64,000 nucleotides of DNA. Origin: Chiloscyllium plagiosum. Its lineage: Eukaryota. Below are positions 24,500 through 37,297 of this stretch, one piece after another (positions within the stretch are counted from its first letter, which is position 1; the number at the start of each line of letters is the position of its first letter). The stretch spans positions 17,286,179-17,350,178 of the forward strand of contig NC_057720.1 of assembly GCF_004010195.1 (NCBI RefSeq), in the 5' to 3' direction. Under the pieces are notes generated by a model. The model ran no database searches. It was not told the DNA's origin and saw only the letters and a list, made by a program, of their open reading frames with translations. Position numbers and translations under genes: made by a program.

Positions 24500-26000
24500 A
24501 AAATAAATCTATAGTGACATAAAACATGCTTTGCTTTTGAAGAATTTACTATGTACCATAAACAGACAGTGACCAACGCAAATCTCCCCAAATGTTAAGA
24601 GGGCAAAGGAACTGACTCAATAGCTCATTGCGATCAGAACAATGTAGTAGTTCTGATGATAAACTGAAATCGCAAAATCACGTGGATTAAAATCAAGCTC
24701 AGAATAATCTTTAGTTGTTTTGTGTAAACGTTATATTTCCTGAATAACGGATGAATGCGATAGTGATCTGTCTACCTAAAACGTTCAGAATTCATCAAAC
24801 GCCTCGCTGCGTTTTGGAATAAAAGCTCAGGTTGTTATTGACCTTTCGGGTTAATTAATAGTTGACTTTAAAAACTGCACTAACTACAACCGGTTGTAAC
24901 CTATTTAGTCTCGATTTTAGGAAACTCTCGCCAAATACTTTCAAATATGATCAAGAATTAAAACGAAAGTCGAAAATGAAATTCACATTAGCCACGAGGG
25001 GAAATATTTGTTCAACGTAGTGGTCTGGAAGTCTCAGCATTTTTGCAAGTTCGACACATTGGAAATTATTTGCATGTTTTCCCCAAGGCACGTTCACTTT
25101 CAGAAAAAGTAGTTTCGTCCTATTTTGCGTCCGCAAGAATTGTTGAACGTGTTTCAGAAACTAACCAAAAAAGTAACGCGCGCCTAGGCAGCCGCAATAT
25201 TGGGACACAGAACAAAATACCCATTAAAGATAGTTGCAGAAAGAATCAATCGCATAGCGCATTGTTCTTTAAAAAAAACAAAATGTGTTGTCTGAAGTAA
25301 TAGGAACCGTCATCTAAAATTAAATTTCGAACGATACAATTTTCCCAACTTGCTACTCAAGTGGTTGGGTTAAACAAAATTATAAACGTGGTTTGTGTTA
25401 CATCTTCCTAAGTTATTAGTAACAGTATTAATGTCAATGTTAAATTGGAATATATAGAAAGTCAAAACCATAATGAAAACCAAAACATATAAACTCTTCA
25501 TTATGATGTAAGAAACAAATGTCCCGACTTAACTGTCACTATTAGTATTTTTTTAAAGTATGAATTACCTATAAACAGTTGTGAAATCCAGGTTCCGATT
25601 GCGGCTTTTGAATCTATATTTATGTTTCACATTTTAGACAGCTCAGCTCTTTATAGAGAGCTGTGAGGGGAAAAACACACCCCACAATTGATGTCACTTC
25701 GTGGTTTGGACAAATCAATGCAATCAAACAACATCGCACCGAATTGTTAAGATACGCGGCTGTGGGTGGGGCGGGAGATATTTGAAAGAGCCTGTTGCAT
25801 TGTACAAGTATTTGGCTGCCATCTGGTGGAAAACAAACTCAATTACTGCGCGGTCGCCATCCACTGGTGCGCACAGAAGGAAGTCGCTGTTTTTAAGACC
25901 ATCAGCCGAATTTTGTTTGTGTTCCTGATGAAGCTATGCGACAACTGGCGCGCAGAAAACCAATAGATTCAGAATTTAACTACAGGCTCTGTTGATTTTC
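24500..26000. promoter_or_regulatory. Repeat-free, CpG-retaining region with tandem CTCF motifs and a GC box (enhancer, insulator or distal promoter candidate)
   Basis: Frequent CpG despite AT-richness. gggtggggcggga at ~25764. - strand CCACCAGATGGCAGC (25815-25829) and CCAGTGGATGGCGAC (25853-25867). Confidence 0.6.
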
Positions 26001-26200
26001 TTCAGCACTTCTGTTTCTCATTTGTAATTTATCCAAACTCACCTCCCCATTAGACAAATGCTAATCGCTTGAAGTGTACTTGCCTTTTAAAAGTTAAACC
26101 TCTAATATGTGATCAATTTCAATATTAAGAAGTATTATATTTCTTGTTTTATGGCACTATGTAACGACCATATTTGGAGAAAAGGGGATAATTATTGTTA

Positions 26201-26298
26201 GTTGAAACTTTATTGCTGGAACAGCACAGCAGGTCAGGCAGCATCCAGGGAACAGGAGATTCGACGTTTCGGGCACCTGCAGACCTCACTTTCTCCTC
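26201..26298. mobile_element. Penelope-terminus mini-insertion with opposed pieces
   Basis: Perfect 14-bp TSD gataattattgtta at 26187-26200 and 26299-26312. Confidence 0.8.
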
Positions 26299-26499
26299 GA
26301 TAATTATTGTTAAGCAGCCGTTAGTTAAAACGTAAAGATAGATATTACCGTTGTATAGTATTGTTAATTAACATTTTATTAAAATTCATAACCTAATTAA
26401 TTGTGAAATTAATTGTGAAGTAATTCCACAACACTGAAAAGCATTAGGTTATGACATTCGTACAATGATAAAGGTTTTTCTTTACAACGATACTGTGCC

Positions 26500-27782
26500 T
26501 TTAATCTTGGGGTTTAAATTCATAGTTCTTTGAAAGTGGAGTCACAGGTAGACAGGGTAATGAAGGCATTTGGTATGCTTGCCTTTATTGTTCAGAACAT
26601 TGAGTGTAGGAGTTGAGAGGTCATGTTGCAGCTGTACAGAACATTGTTTAGATCACTTTTGGAATACTGCTTTCACTTCTGGTCTCCCTGCTGGAAGAAA
26701 GATGTTGTGAAACTTGAAAAGGTTCAGAAAAGATGTACAAGAGTGTTGCCAAGCTTGGAGGGTTTGAGCTATTGGGAGACGCTAAATAGGCTGGGGATGT
26801 TTTCACTGGAGCATCGGAGTGTGATGGGTGACCTTATAGAGGTTTATAATATCATCAGGGGCATGGATAGGGTGATTAGACAAGGTGTTTTTCCCAGTCA
26901 AAAAAGTGTGGTGCTGGAAAAGCACAGCAGGTCAGGCAGCATCAGCGGAACAGGAGAGTCGATGTTTTGGACATAAGCCCTTCATCACCTCTGATGAAAT
27001 ACTTATGACCAAAACGTCGACTCTCCTGCTCCTTGGATGCCATCTAACCTGCTGAGATTTTCCAGCGCCACACTTTTTGACTCTGATCTGCAGTCTTCAC
27101 TTTCTTCTCAAGATGTTTTTCCCAGGTGAAGGGAGTCCAAAACTAGAGGGCATAAGTTTAAGGTGAGAGGGGAAAAGATTGCATGGATAGGATAAATAGA
27201 CAAAGTCTTTTCCCTGGGATCGGGGAGTCCAGAACTAGAGGGCATAGGATTAGGGTGAGAGGGGAAAGATATAAAAGAGACCTAAGGGGCAACTTTTTCA
27301 CGCAGAGGGTGGTAAGTGTATGGAATGAGCTGCCAGAGGAAGTGGTGGAGACTGGTACAATTGCAACAATTAAGAGGCATTTGGATGGGTATATGAATAG
27401 GAAGGGTTTGGAGGGATATGGGCCTGGTGCTGGCAGGTGGGATTAGTTTGGGTTTGGGATACCTGGTCGGCATGGACGGGTTGGACCGAAGGGTCTGTTT
27501 CCATGTTGTACATCTCTATGACTCTATCTAAAAGGGACTGAAGGGGCAACGTTTTCACGCAGAGGGTGGTGCCCATGTGGAATGAACTGCAAGAGGAGGT
27601 GGTAGAGGCTGGTACAATTACAATATTTAAAAGGCATCTGGATGGGTATATAAAAGGAAGGGTTTAGAGGGATATTGGCCAAATGCTGGCAAATGGGACT
27701 AGGTAATTTAGGATATCTGGTCAGCATGGACAAGTTGGACCAAAGCATCTGTTTCCATATTCTACATCCCTATGACTCTATC
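26500..27782 (+). mobile_element. CR1 3' fragment containing a nested younger CR1 3' end (27181-27527) and a mini-insertion
   Basis: Host reads ...ggggaaaagatt | taaaagggactgaaggggcaac... around the nested copy. Two complete ctatgactctat tails. Confidence 0.88.
26898..27108. mobile_element. Fold-back Penelope-terminus mini-insertion
   Basis: Inverted arms. TSD caagRtgtttttcccag at 26881-26897 and 27109-27125. Confidence 0.82.
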
Positions 27783-28469
27783 TCAATCAGTCAATCATGT
27801 TTGATGGAGACCTGGTTTATTTTAAGATAAGGGAAAAGTGAAAGCAACAATATTTCAATTTTTGAATGCGTGAGGAATAGAATGATGCATGTATTTGGTA
27901 CTGAAATCATTTTTCATCGTTCTGACGCCGTACAAGTACTCACAGAGGAAGATTTGATAAAGTCACTGTACTGTGAAACAGTATACTTCCTCTTAAACTA
28001 AAAACCTTGCAATTATATACTATGTCATCTTTAATGTTAGAGAGAAGTAAAGATAAAAATATTGCACAAGCAAATGTTTGCTCAGGTAAGTAAGTTTTAA
28101 AGAGGGTGGGGACGTAAAGCATAGTGTGGCTTCCAATCGTGAAATGATCTGGAGAGTACAAAGCCTGAGCAACAGAACACATCACACTATTTTTCCTTCA
28201 TGAAATGTTAGCATTCCTCGCTAGGCCAGCATTTATTCCTCATTCCTAATTGCCATTGAGAACTGGTGATAAGCTGCCTTCTTGAAGTCTGCAGATCTTC
28301 ATGGAAGTAGGTAAACCCACAGTGGTAAGGAAGGAGTTCCAAAATTTTAACCCAGCCACAGGGAAGGAATGGCGATATGGTTCAAAGTCAGAATTGAGTG
28401 TGGTTTAGATGGAAACTTGAAGAGGTAAAGGAAACTGTCAGCAATGAAGCAACACTTGCTTAGCAATAA

Positions 28470-31300
28470 CGAGCTCACTGATGCTCTGTTTAGGTTCCAT
28501 CAAGGCCATTCAGCTCCTGGCCACATTACTCCATTAGTTCAAATGGACAAAATAGCTGAATTCCAGAGGTGATGTGATAATGACTACCCTTTATAAATGG
28601 GAATCGGGGTGAGATGGAGAAACTCTCCATTGGTTGGAGTTATACCTAGCACATAGGAAGATGGTCATGATTGTTAGGGGTCTTTCATCTCAGCTCCAGG
28701 ACATCTCTGTAGGAGTTCCTCAGAGTAGTGTCTTGGGCCCAACCACCTTAGCTACTTTATCAGTGATCTTCCCTCCATCATAACATCAGAAAGGGAATGT
28801 TTGCTAATGATTGCACAATGTTTAGCAGAATTAAGGAGCATCCCAAGGCCTTTTATTCATATATAAGAAGCAAGAGGGTAACTATAGAAAGGGTTGGTCC
28901 ACTAAAGGATAAGGAAGGAAGATTGTGTCGAACCTGACAAAATGGGTGAGATTCTGAATGATTACTTTGCATCAGTGTTCACTGAGGAGAGGGAAATGAT
29001 GAATGTTGAGATTAGAGATAGAAGTTTGTTTACTCTGGATCACGTTGACATAAGGAGGGAGGATGTGTTGAGTAAGCTAAAGGATATTAAGGTGGACAAA
29101 TCCCTAGGGCCAGATGGGATCTATCCCAGGTTGCTGAGGGAGGTGAGAGAGGAAATAGCTGAGGCCCTGACAGATATTTTTGTAGCATCCTTAAATACAG
29201 GTGAAGTGCGGGAGGACTGGAGAGTTGCTAATGTTGTCCCCCTGTTCAAGAAGGGTAGTAGGAATATTCCAGGTAATTACAGACCTGTGAGCCTGATATC
29301 AGTGGTGGGAAAGTTGCTGGAGAAGGTACTGAGGGATAAAATCTATTTATATTTGGAAGAGAATGGGCTTATCAGTGATAGGCAACATGGTTTTGTGCAG
29401 GGGAGATCGTGCCTTACCAACTTAATAGAGTTCTTTGAGGAAGTGACCAAGTTGGTAGATGAAGGATGGGCTATAGACTTTAGTAAAGTATTTGATAAGA
29501 TTCCCAATGGTAAACTAATGAAGAAAGTGAAGTCACATGGTGTGCAGGGTGTTCTAGCTAGGTGGATAAAGAACTGGTTGAGCAACAGGAGACAGAGAGT
29601 AGTAGTTGAAGGGAGTTTCTCAAAGTGGAGCAAGGTGACCAGTGGTGTTCCATAGGCATCAGTGCTGGGGCCACTGCTGTTTGTGATATACATACATAAA
29701 TGATCTGGAAGAGGGCATTGGTGGTCTGATCAGTAAGTTTGCAGATGACATGAAGATTGGTGGAGTAGCAGAAAGCATAGGGGACTGTCAAAGAATAGAG
29801 GAGAATATAGATAGACTGGAGAGTTGGGCGGATAAGTGGCAGATGGAGTTCAATCCAGGTAAATGTGAAGTGATGCATTTTGGAAGGTCTAATTCTAGAG
29901 AGAATTTACTGTAAATGGAAGAACCTTGGGAAAAGTTGATGAGCAGAGAGATCAGGGAGTTCAGGTCCATTGTACCCTGAAGGTGGCTGCACAGGTGGAT
30001 AGAGTGGTCAAGAAGGCATATGGTATGCTTGCTTTCATCGGATGGGGTATTGAGTATAAGAGCAGGCAGGTCATGTTAAAATTGTACAAGACTTTGGTTC
30101 GCTGCATTTAGAACATTGTGTACAGTTCTGGTCGTCACATTACCAAAAGGATGTGGACGCTTTGGAGAGGGTGCAGAGACAGTTTAAGAGGATGTTGCCT
30201 GGTATTAAAGGTGCTAGCTATGAAGACAGGTTGAGTAGGTTAGGTTTATTTTCATTAAAAAAAAAGGAAATTGAGGGGTTTTACAAAATCATGAAGGGTA
30301 TAGATAGGGTGGATAGAGATCAGATTTTTCCCAGGGTGAAGGATTTAATAACGAGAGGTCACGCATTCAAGGTGAAAGGAGAAAAGTTTAAGGGGGATAC
30401 ACATGGAAAGTACTTTACACAGAGGATGGTAGGTACCTGGAACACCTGGAATTTGGCGATAGGTTTCGACAGTGGATTTGGATTGGCACAGGCTTGGAGG
30501 GCCGAAGGGCCTGTTCATGGGCTGTAAGTTTTCTTTGTTCTTCTTTGTTCTATTTGCCACTTCTCAGATATCAAGCAGGCCATATTCAAATGGAGCAAGA
30601 TCTGGACAATATCCAGGCTTGGACTGACAAGTGGCAAGTAACATTCACATCACACAAATGTCAGGCAATATCCAACTCCAACAAGAGAACTCTAACCAAC
30701 ACTCCTCAACATTCAATAGTATTACCATAACTGAATCTCCCATTATCAACATCCTGGGGGTGACGTTTGACTGAAAACTGAATTGGACCAGCCATTTAAG
30801 TACTTTAAGCTACACAAATAGGTCAGAGGCTAGGAATCCTGCAGTGAGTAACTCATGTCCTGATTCACAAACCCTGTTACTCTCCACTTGCCAGAATGAG
30901 TGCAAGAAGCTTGACACCATCTGGGAAAAAGCAGCCCACTTGATTGGCATGACATCCACGAACATTTACTCCCTTCAATACTGAAGCAGCAGCAGCAGCA
31001 TGTACCATTGAAAACATTCACTGTAGAAATTTACCAAAGTTCCTTAGCAACTTCCAAACTGACAACCTCTTCCATCCAGAAGGACAAGGGTAGCAAATAC
31101 TTGGAAACACCATTGCCTGCAGGTTCTCCTCCAAGCCATTTACTAGAATGACTTGAATATATATCACTGTTCTTTTAGTATCGTCGGATCAAAATCCTGA
31201 AACCGTCTCCCTAACAGCTTTGTGGGTCTACCTACACAAAATGGACTGCAGCAGTTAAGAAGGCAGCTCATCACTAGCCAGCAACACACACATACCATGA
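28470..31300 (+). mobile_element. L2/CR1-group LINE fragment split by a CR1 insertion
   Basis: GVPQSSVLGPTT..FISDL...FANDCTMFS ends at ~28827 and resumes at ~30553 (HIQMEQDLDNIQAWTDKWQVTF). Confidence 0.7.
28829..30552 (+). mobile_element. 5'-truncated CR1 LINE (subfamily with ttctttg tail)
   Basis: 237-aa RT ORF 28942-29655 (DWRVANVVPLFKKG, QHGFVQGRSCLTNLIEFFEEV), FADD, tail ttctttgttcttctttgttc. Same subfamily as 53553-57300. Confidence 0.93.
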
Positions 31301-31759
31301 ATTAATTTTAAGAACAGGAATCATAAAGGTTATGTAAATAGGTGGTGGCAATGCAACAAAAAGGATTTAAATAAAGATTAAAATTTAAAATCAGATGTGT
31401 AGGGAACAGGGTAAATCAGCAAGTACAGGAGTGATGGATGAGTTGGACAGAAATGGACAACTGTTTTTAATGAGACAATGTTCACACAAGGTGAAGAATA
31501 GAAGGCTATCACGAAAGCCTTGGAATAGTTAAATTTAAAGGTAATAAAGTCTTGGATCAGCTCAATAGCAGTTAGGGTCAGGAAAAGTCAAGTATGGAAT
31601 TAAAAGTATTTGTGATACAGTAGAATAGGATGAGAAACTCATCCTGGAATAAAATAGGACATTATGGTTCCAAGTAATCTGAGCCAACCTAAGTCATAGG
31701 AACATAAAAGCAGAGTAGATTATTCAGCCTCAAATTACATTAATTAGGTCATAGAATCA

Positions 31760-33270
31760 TTGGAGTAAAGAAGGCCTTGAGCCCAACCTGTTTGCAGCAG
31801 CTCACTAAAAGAGCAAATCACTTAGCACCTTTCCCCCTCCTTTTTATAGTTTATTCTTCATTCCTCAATAGCAATCTAGTTCCCTTTTGAATGTTTTGAT
31901 TGAAACTTCCTTCATCACACTGTCATGCACTGCTTTCCAGATCCAAACCACACACTGTATGAAAATGTTTTTATTAATATCACCCTTGTTTCTCTTTATG
32001 TACTTTAAATCTGTGTTCTTTAGTTCTCAATCCTTTCACAACTTGAAGCAGTTCCTCCCTATCTAATCCAAACCCTTAATGATTTTGCTGACCTCCATCA
32101 AATCTGGTGTCAGTTTTCTCTTCTGTAAGGAAACGGCCCTATCTCTCCGAACTACTTTTGTAACTGAAGTTCCTCATCCCTGGAACTATTTTAGTGAATC
32201 TTTTCTCCACTTGCTCCCATGCTTTCACATCTTTCCTAATATGTAGCAACCAAAACTGGACATAACACTCCAAATGAGGCCAAAATAACAGTTCTTCTCA
32301 AAGTACAACAAATCCTCCTTGCTCTTGTACTCTATGCCCCTATTATTAAATCCTAAATACCATTTGTTTTATTAATTGGTCTCAACCTGTCCTGCCACCT
32401 TCAATGTCCTTCATATATAGTCTCAAATGCCTCTGCTCCTGCAACCCCTTTTGAGTTCCCTTTTCTGTTTTATATGGTCTCTGCTTCAGCTATAAAAATA
32501 TATCACATCATGCGAATGTCATATCAGCCTTTATTCTAAGTAGATTGAGTGATAGGCAACATGATTTTGTGCAAGAACAAAGAGGTCTTGTTACAATTTT
32601 ATAAGTTTTTGGTGAGACCATAGAATATTGTGTGCACTTCTGATCTCCATAGTTAAAAGATTTGCTTGCATTGGAGATGGTACAATGAAGGTTCATGAGA
32701 TTGATCACTGAGTTGGGGGATATTTGTCCTATGATAAGAGATTGATGTGACAAGTATAAAAGAATACTGGGCCTATATTCTCTGGAGTTTAGAAGAATAA
32801 ACATCAATTTCATTGAAATGTTCAAATCTCTAAAGGGGACAGTAGAATAGACAATGAGTGATTAGATTTCCTGACCAGTGAAAACAAAGTGCATGCATTC
32901 TCAGGAAAAGGGGCCAATCTTTTCAGACTGAGATGAGCGTAAATTACTTTACTCTAAAAGGTGAATTTTTGGAATTTTTTACCCCAAAGGATTGTGGAGT
33001 CTTTACTGTTGAATACATTTAACACTGATATAGACAGACCTTTGGTTAATTACAATAATATGGGGCAGGGATGGGGTGGGGGTATTGTCTTATGAAGAAA
33101 GGTTGGACAGGCTAGGCTTGCTTCTGCTGGTGTTTAGAAGAATGAGAAGTGACTTAATTGAAACAGAAAATTCCGAGCGGTCTTGACAGGACAGATGTTG
33201 AGATGTTTTCTCTTACTATGATCATATTAAATGATGGACAAGGCTTGGCATGTCATATGTTCTACTCTGC
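31760..33270. mobile_element. Cluster of old CR1 3' fragments in both orientations
   Basis: Degenerate CR1 ORF2 C-terminal and UTR similarity: - strand ~31760-32510, + strand ~32545-33270. Confidence 0.6.
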
Positions 33271-33949
33271 TCCCCTTGTGATATTGATTCAAATTCCTCT
33301 GCATTGAGCTTCATCTGCCATTTGACTTCTCACTCCATCAAACTGTTTTGAACTTCTATGCTGTCCACCTTACAGTTCTAAAAGCTTCCAAGTTACTACC
33401 TGCAAATGTTGAAATTGTGCCCTGCACATCAAGATCTAAGCCATTAATATCAGGAAGAGCAAAGATCCAAAAAAATGACCCCCGAGGAACTTACTATCTT
33501 GCTCCATAATGGAAATATTTACTACTCTTCCTGTAACTGATCTGTACCGCAATTTCATTTACTCAACTTCAATTTCAGTCTTAAAAGTTTCAACTTAGCT
33601 ATAATTCACAGCCTTTTGAATGACAGTTCCAAATTTAACCTACTCTTTATGTGAAAAAGTGTTTCCTCATTTTATTTCTAAATGGACTAGCTCTAAGTTT
33701 AAAATTATAACCTTTTGTTCTGTATTTCCTCCATGAGAGGAAATACCTATCCAATCTATTTATTATTTTAAATACCTCAATTACATCACCCCTCAACTAT
33801 TGAAACATAAGGGAAAACAACCAAAGTTATATAATCTGTCTTCATTGTTTAACCTTTTAAGCCCTAGTTTAATTCAGAAGAATCTGAATGTTTAAGATCA
33901 ATATATCTTTCTTTAGGTTTGGCATCCAAATTTAGCTGAACACTCAAGA

Positions 33950-35030
33950 TGGACAGAGTTATTAGATAGGGAGAAAGGATGGATTTGATACAATAAGCTC
34001 ATAGAAGAGATATATGGTAGATGTGAGATTTATTAATAATATTGAAGGATACCATCACGGTCTATAATAAATCTGCCCATAGCAAGATATTTCAATGAAA
34101 TACACACCATGGATTTAAAGGTATGAGATAAAGATAAAAACATTTTATTTTTACATTTTGTAGATTCTGCAATCAGAGTTTGTCAGTCAACAATAATACA
34201 TAGTAAACATAAGAAAATAATTGCAGATAAAGGTATTAGCTAAGTGCATAGGGACCAAACTTGGACCACTGGTGAAAGTTTTCATTGATAATGAAGGGAA
34301 TTTCTACCAGCGGATTCAGAGAATGGATAAACACCATTTTGTATTAGTAATCTTACTTGGAAAATGTTAACTCCATTGCTATTAAGTAAAGTAGGACTTC
34401 ACATAAAGAAGCAGCATCATCTGAGAAGTGTAACTGGACAACTGAATTGGCAGGATACCCCCCAAAAAATTGCCAGTTTTAACCTATTAGAGTTGAATGT
34501 AACTAGAAAAAATCCAAGGTGGAGGATATTATTCAGACAAACAACACATTGAAAGAATTGAAACTGGAACATTTTGTTTTCAAAGCTTCCATCATGAGGG
34601 GATATCATGAATATGTTTTTAGTGATGTTTCTAATGCAAATCTGTGTGATGACTTCTCAAATGGCAGAAGGTTTATAATTTTTCTTGCAGAAAAGGGAGT
34701 AGATTTCCCTTTTAACTTGGGAAGATAAAAAGATCTGAAAAGTAAGAAGTATCTTTGTGAAGATTTTCACTCTTGAGGCATAGAAATTGCCTTTTCTTTC
34801 ATGAAAATATTGGAAGAAATACTAAAAAGGTATTCAGTAACAATGCTCATTGAGTGCTCATCAAAATAAGAAATGTGTGAATCAGAAAGGACTGAGGATT
34901 GATATTGCAGTCTTAAAACAGATGCTGGAAAATGGAGGGATCTCCAAATCCAAATGAATGGATCACAGTAGTCAGTTATCTCATCATGCTTTCTTAGTAA
35001 AATAAAGTTCTAATAAACTGTCTGACATAA
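33950..35030 (+). mobile_element. Decayed Ty1/copia RT-RNase H relic, GalEa-like
   Basis: In order: LRSVTGQLNW, KVEDIIQTNNTLKELK, VFSDVSNANLCDDFS..RFIIFL, QKGLRIDIAVLKQMLE..ISK, SSQLS. No LTRs recognised. Confidence 0.68.
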
Positions 35031-36018
35031 CCAAAAAAGGACACTTGGAACTTTAATCAAGAATTTAGTATGTTGCTAAGAATATAATGGATAATTAGTG
35101 GATGTTTATTTGGCTGTAATTTTCACAGCACACTAACATTCTAATCCAAACTAATACACACATCAGCCCCTCACCTCACCAGCACACATTCTTCAACTAA
35201 CACACAGACTGTCAGAAGATCTTTCCTCTTTTAGCACCTTGCCTATCTTTTATCTCTGGGATATTTATCATGTCCTCCACTGTGAAGACCAGTGCAAAAT
35301 ATTGGTTTAATTGATCTGCCATTTTCCTATTCCTCATTATCAGTTCCCTAGTTGCACCCTCCAAGGATTTACTTTACATACTTTTTTTTAAAAAAATCAC
35401 AACATCAAGATATAGTCCAATAGGTTTATTTGGAAGTACAAGCTTTACGAGCACTGCTTCTTCATCGCTATAACCTGGTGATGCATGACTTTTAACTTGA
35501 CCCACCCCAGTCCAGATCCAGAAATAGGTAACAATACTGACACTTGGTTTCAAGCAGGAAAATCCCAAATTTTGGAATTTTAATCTGTTCTCTCTTTCAT
35601 TGTTTGTTGAGTCATTTTCAAATTCTTTTTGGCTAACTCCTCATCCTTTAGTTAGGTTTTCCTTGAAATTTGACACATACGATGGACACTTAGTTCCTGA
35701 GCTTTGGCTTATACATTTTTCTTCAATTAATTTAGGGGTACTTTCATCTCATGTTCAGACATCAGTTCAAAATTATTGATTCCCATGGAGTCATTAAGGA
35801 TATTTCTAATAGAAAACAATAACAAAGGAATTTCTTTATCTTAATCATTTGAACAGTCTTGACAATAAGTTCTTGTCATGGTCTTCAAAGTTTGATGGCA
35901 TTTTTCTAATGTATCTTTGGATTGAGGATGGTAAATTGAAAACGTAAACAATCAATGATTTTATTCAATATTTGCATTATAAAATTTAAAGCTTAGTCTA
36001 ACTGTATTTGTTTGAGTA

Positions 36019-36490
36019 AAGAGGAACCTCGATTATCCGAATACCAATTATCCGAAAATCGGATTATTTGAAGGAGATCTCAAGGTCCCGATAGAAACAT
36101 TACATCAGACGTGTGTCCAACACTGATCGCGTCTTTTGTTTACAGTGATTAAAAGTGCTGCCGAGAACAGTCCTGGACTGATGGGAGCGCAGGCACCGTC
36201 TCTAAATGACTGACCTCCCAGCCCCTCTCTCTCTTCCCACACTTTTCCTGGAGTTCTAAACAGGCGTGTATCCTAAACTCCACTTCCAAGGGTAATCTCT
36301 CCAACATTGTCCTATACAGGGCAAAGGTGGAACCTGTCAAAAAGGGGTGTGTGTGTGCGCGCACGCTATTTGGAGACTCACCCCACAAAAGGAAGTAGCA
36401 GCAGCAGTAATCTTGTTGTTTGTGTTCAGTCCGGCTGCCCCGGAGAAGGGACGGGGTGGAAGTGAGGATGGGGGGGGAGGGGTGGTGTTG
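36019..36490 (+). mobile_element. Left part of a Tigger/pogo-like non-autonomous DNA transposon
   Basis: TA followed by a TIR-like .agaggaacctcgattatccgaa with sub-terminal repeats (attatccgaa, tcggattat). Right end not found. Confidence 0.5.
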
Positions 36491-36496
36491 GGCAGA

Positions 36497-36817
36497 GGGT
36501 GGATAAAGACTGAGGTTGTGTAATTATGATGAAATATGGGGAGTATATCATAGGCTCGTTAGTGGGGGCACTTCTTGAGCTCATTAGCTTCTCTGTAATT
36601 CCGCAACAAGGCGATAGCTGCACTGTGCTTATATTATTGTAAAGTGTGGAATGTAAGCAAAGTTGTTTGTATCATTGTATAAGTATAGGCTGACTGTACA
36701 GCTTGAGAGAGTGCTGTGGGATACTAGAGATTGTGTGGCAGACTCTCTGTGAATTCATGAAAAATAAAGTTTCTTGAAATAAGACTCGAAATCTCAGACT
36801 AAGTAATTTCCTCGACA
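36497..36817 (+). repeat. ERV 5' LTR (start of U3 missing)
   Basis: Homologous to ~44685-45006, with a long identical block gaatgtaagcaaagttgtttgtatcattgtataagtataggc. AATAAA at 36763. Ends ...ctcgaCA. Confidence 0.9.
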
Positions 36818-36822
36818 GGCTC

Positions 36823-36840
36823 TGGGTAGTCAGGCAGAAT
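36823..36840 (+). promoter_or_regulatory. Primer-binding site, tRNA-Ser-like
   Basis: tgggtagtcaggcagaat versus TGGCGTAGTCGGCAGGAT (complement of a vertebrate tRNA-Ser 3' end), 5 nt after the LTR. Confidence 0.65.
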
Positions 36841-37297
36841 CTCAATTAATGCGGGATCCAAAAAAAATGTAAAGGAGGAAATAGTGGAAATAGTGTGCGG
36901 CACAGTCCTAGCTGGAGGAGGTACCTGGGCCTACTGTTCCCCTCACAGCATGGGGGTGGTGTCTGATGTCTCAGGCAGTGACTCCAGCTGAGCCAAGATT
37001 ACCAAAAGGTTGAGGCAAGATCGCGGAGAAGATTAAATTTACCAGGGCAGTGAGAGGGACTAAGAAGCGATGGCTACCCAATTGTAATAGGCTCGAGACT
37101 TCGAGATATTGTGGACAGAAGAGAAACACTTTAGAGTTCTTATAGCAGTTTAGTGCATGCAGGGGCAGATAAGTGTTGTTTTCTCTTTTCCTTTCTTGGC
37201 AGGTGATGTTTCTTTATAGATTACAGAAACGGGAAACCAAGCCAGTAGTCAGTGCTTCTCCACAGATGCAACTGAGGCACCTAGAAGACAGCCCAAA

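Noticed and set aside
28942..29655. 237-aa RT ORF as an active or domesticated gene
   Set aside because: A fragment of a truncated CR1 with a deletion in the VDVIY motif and an early stop.
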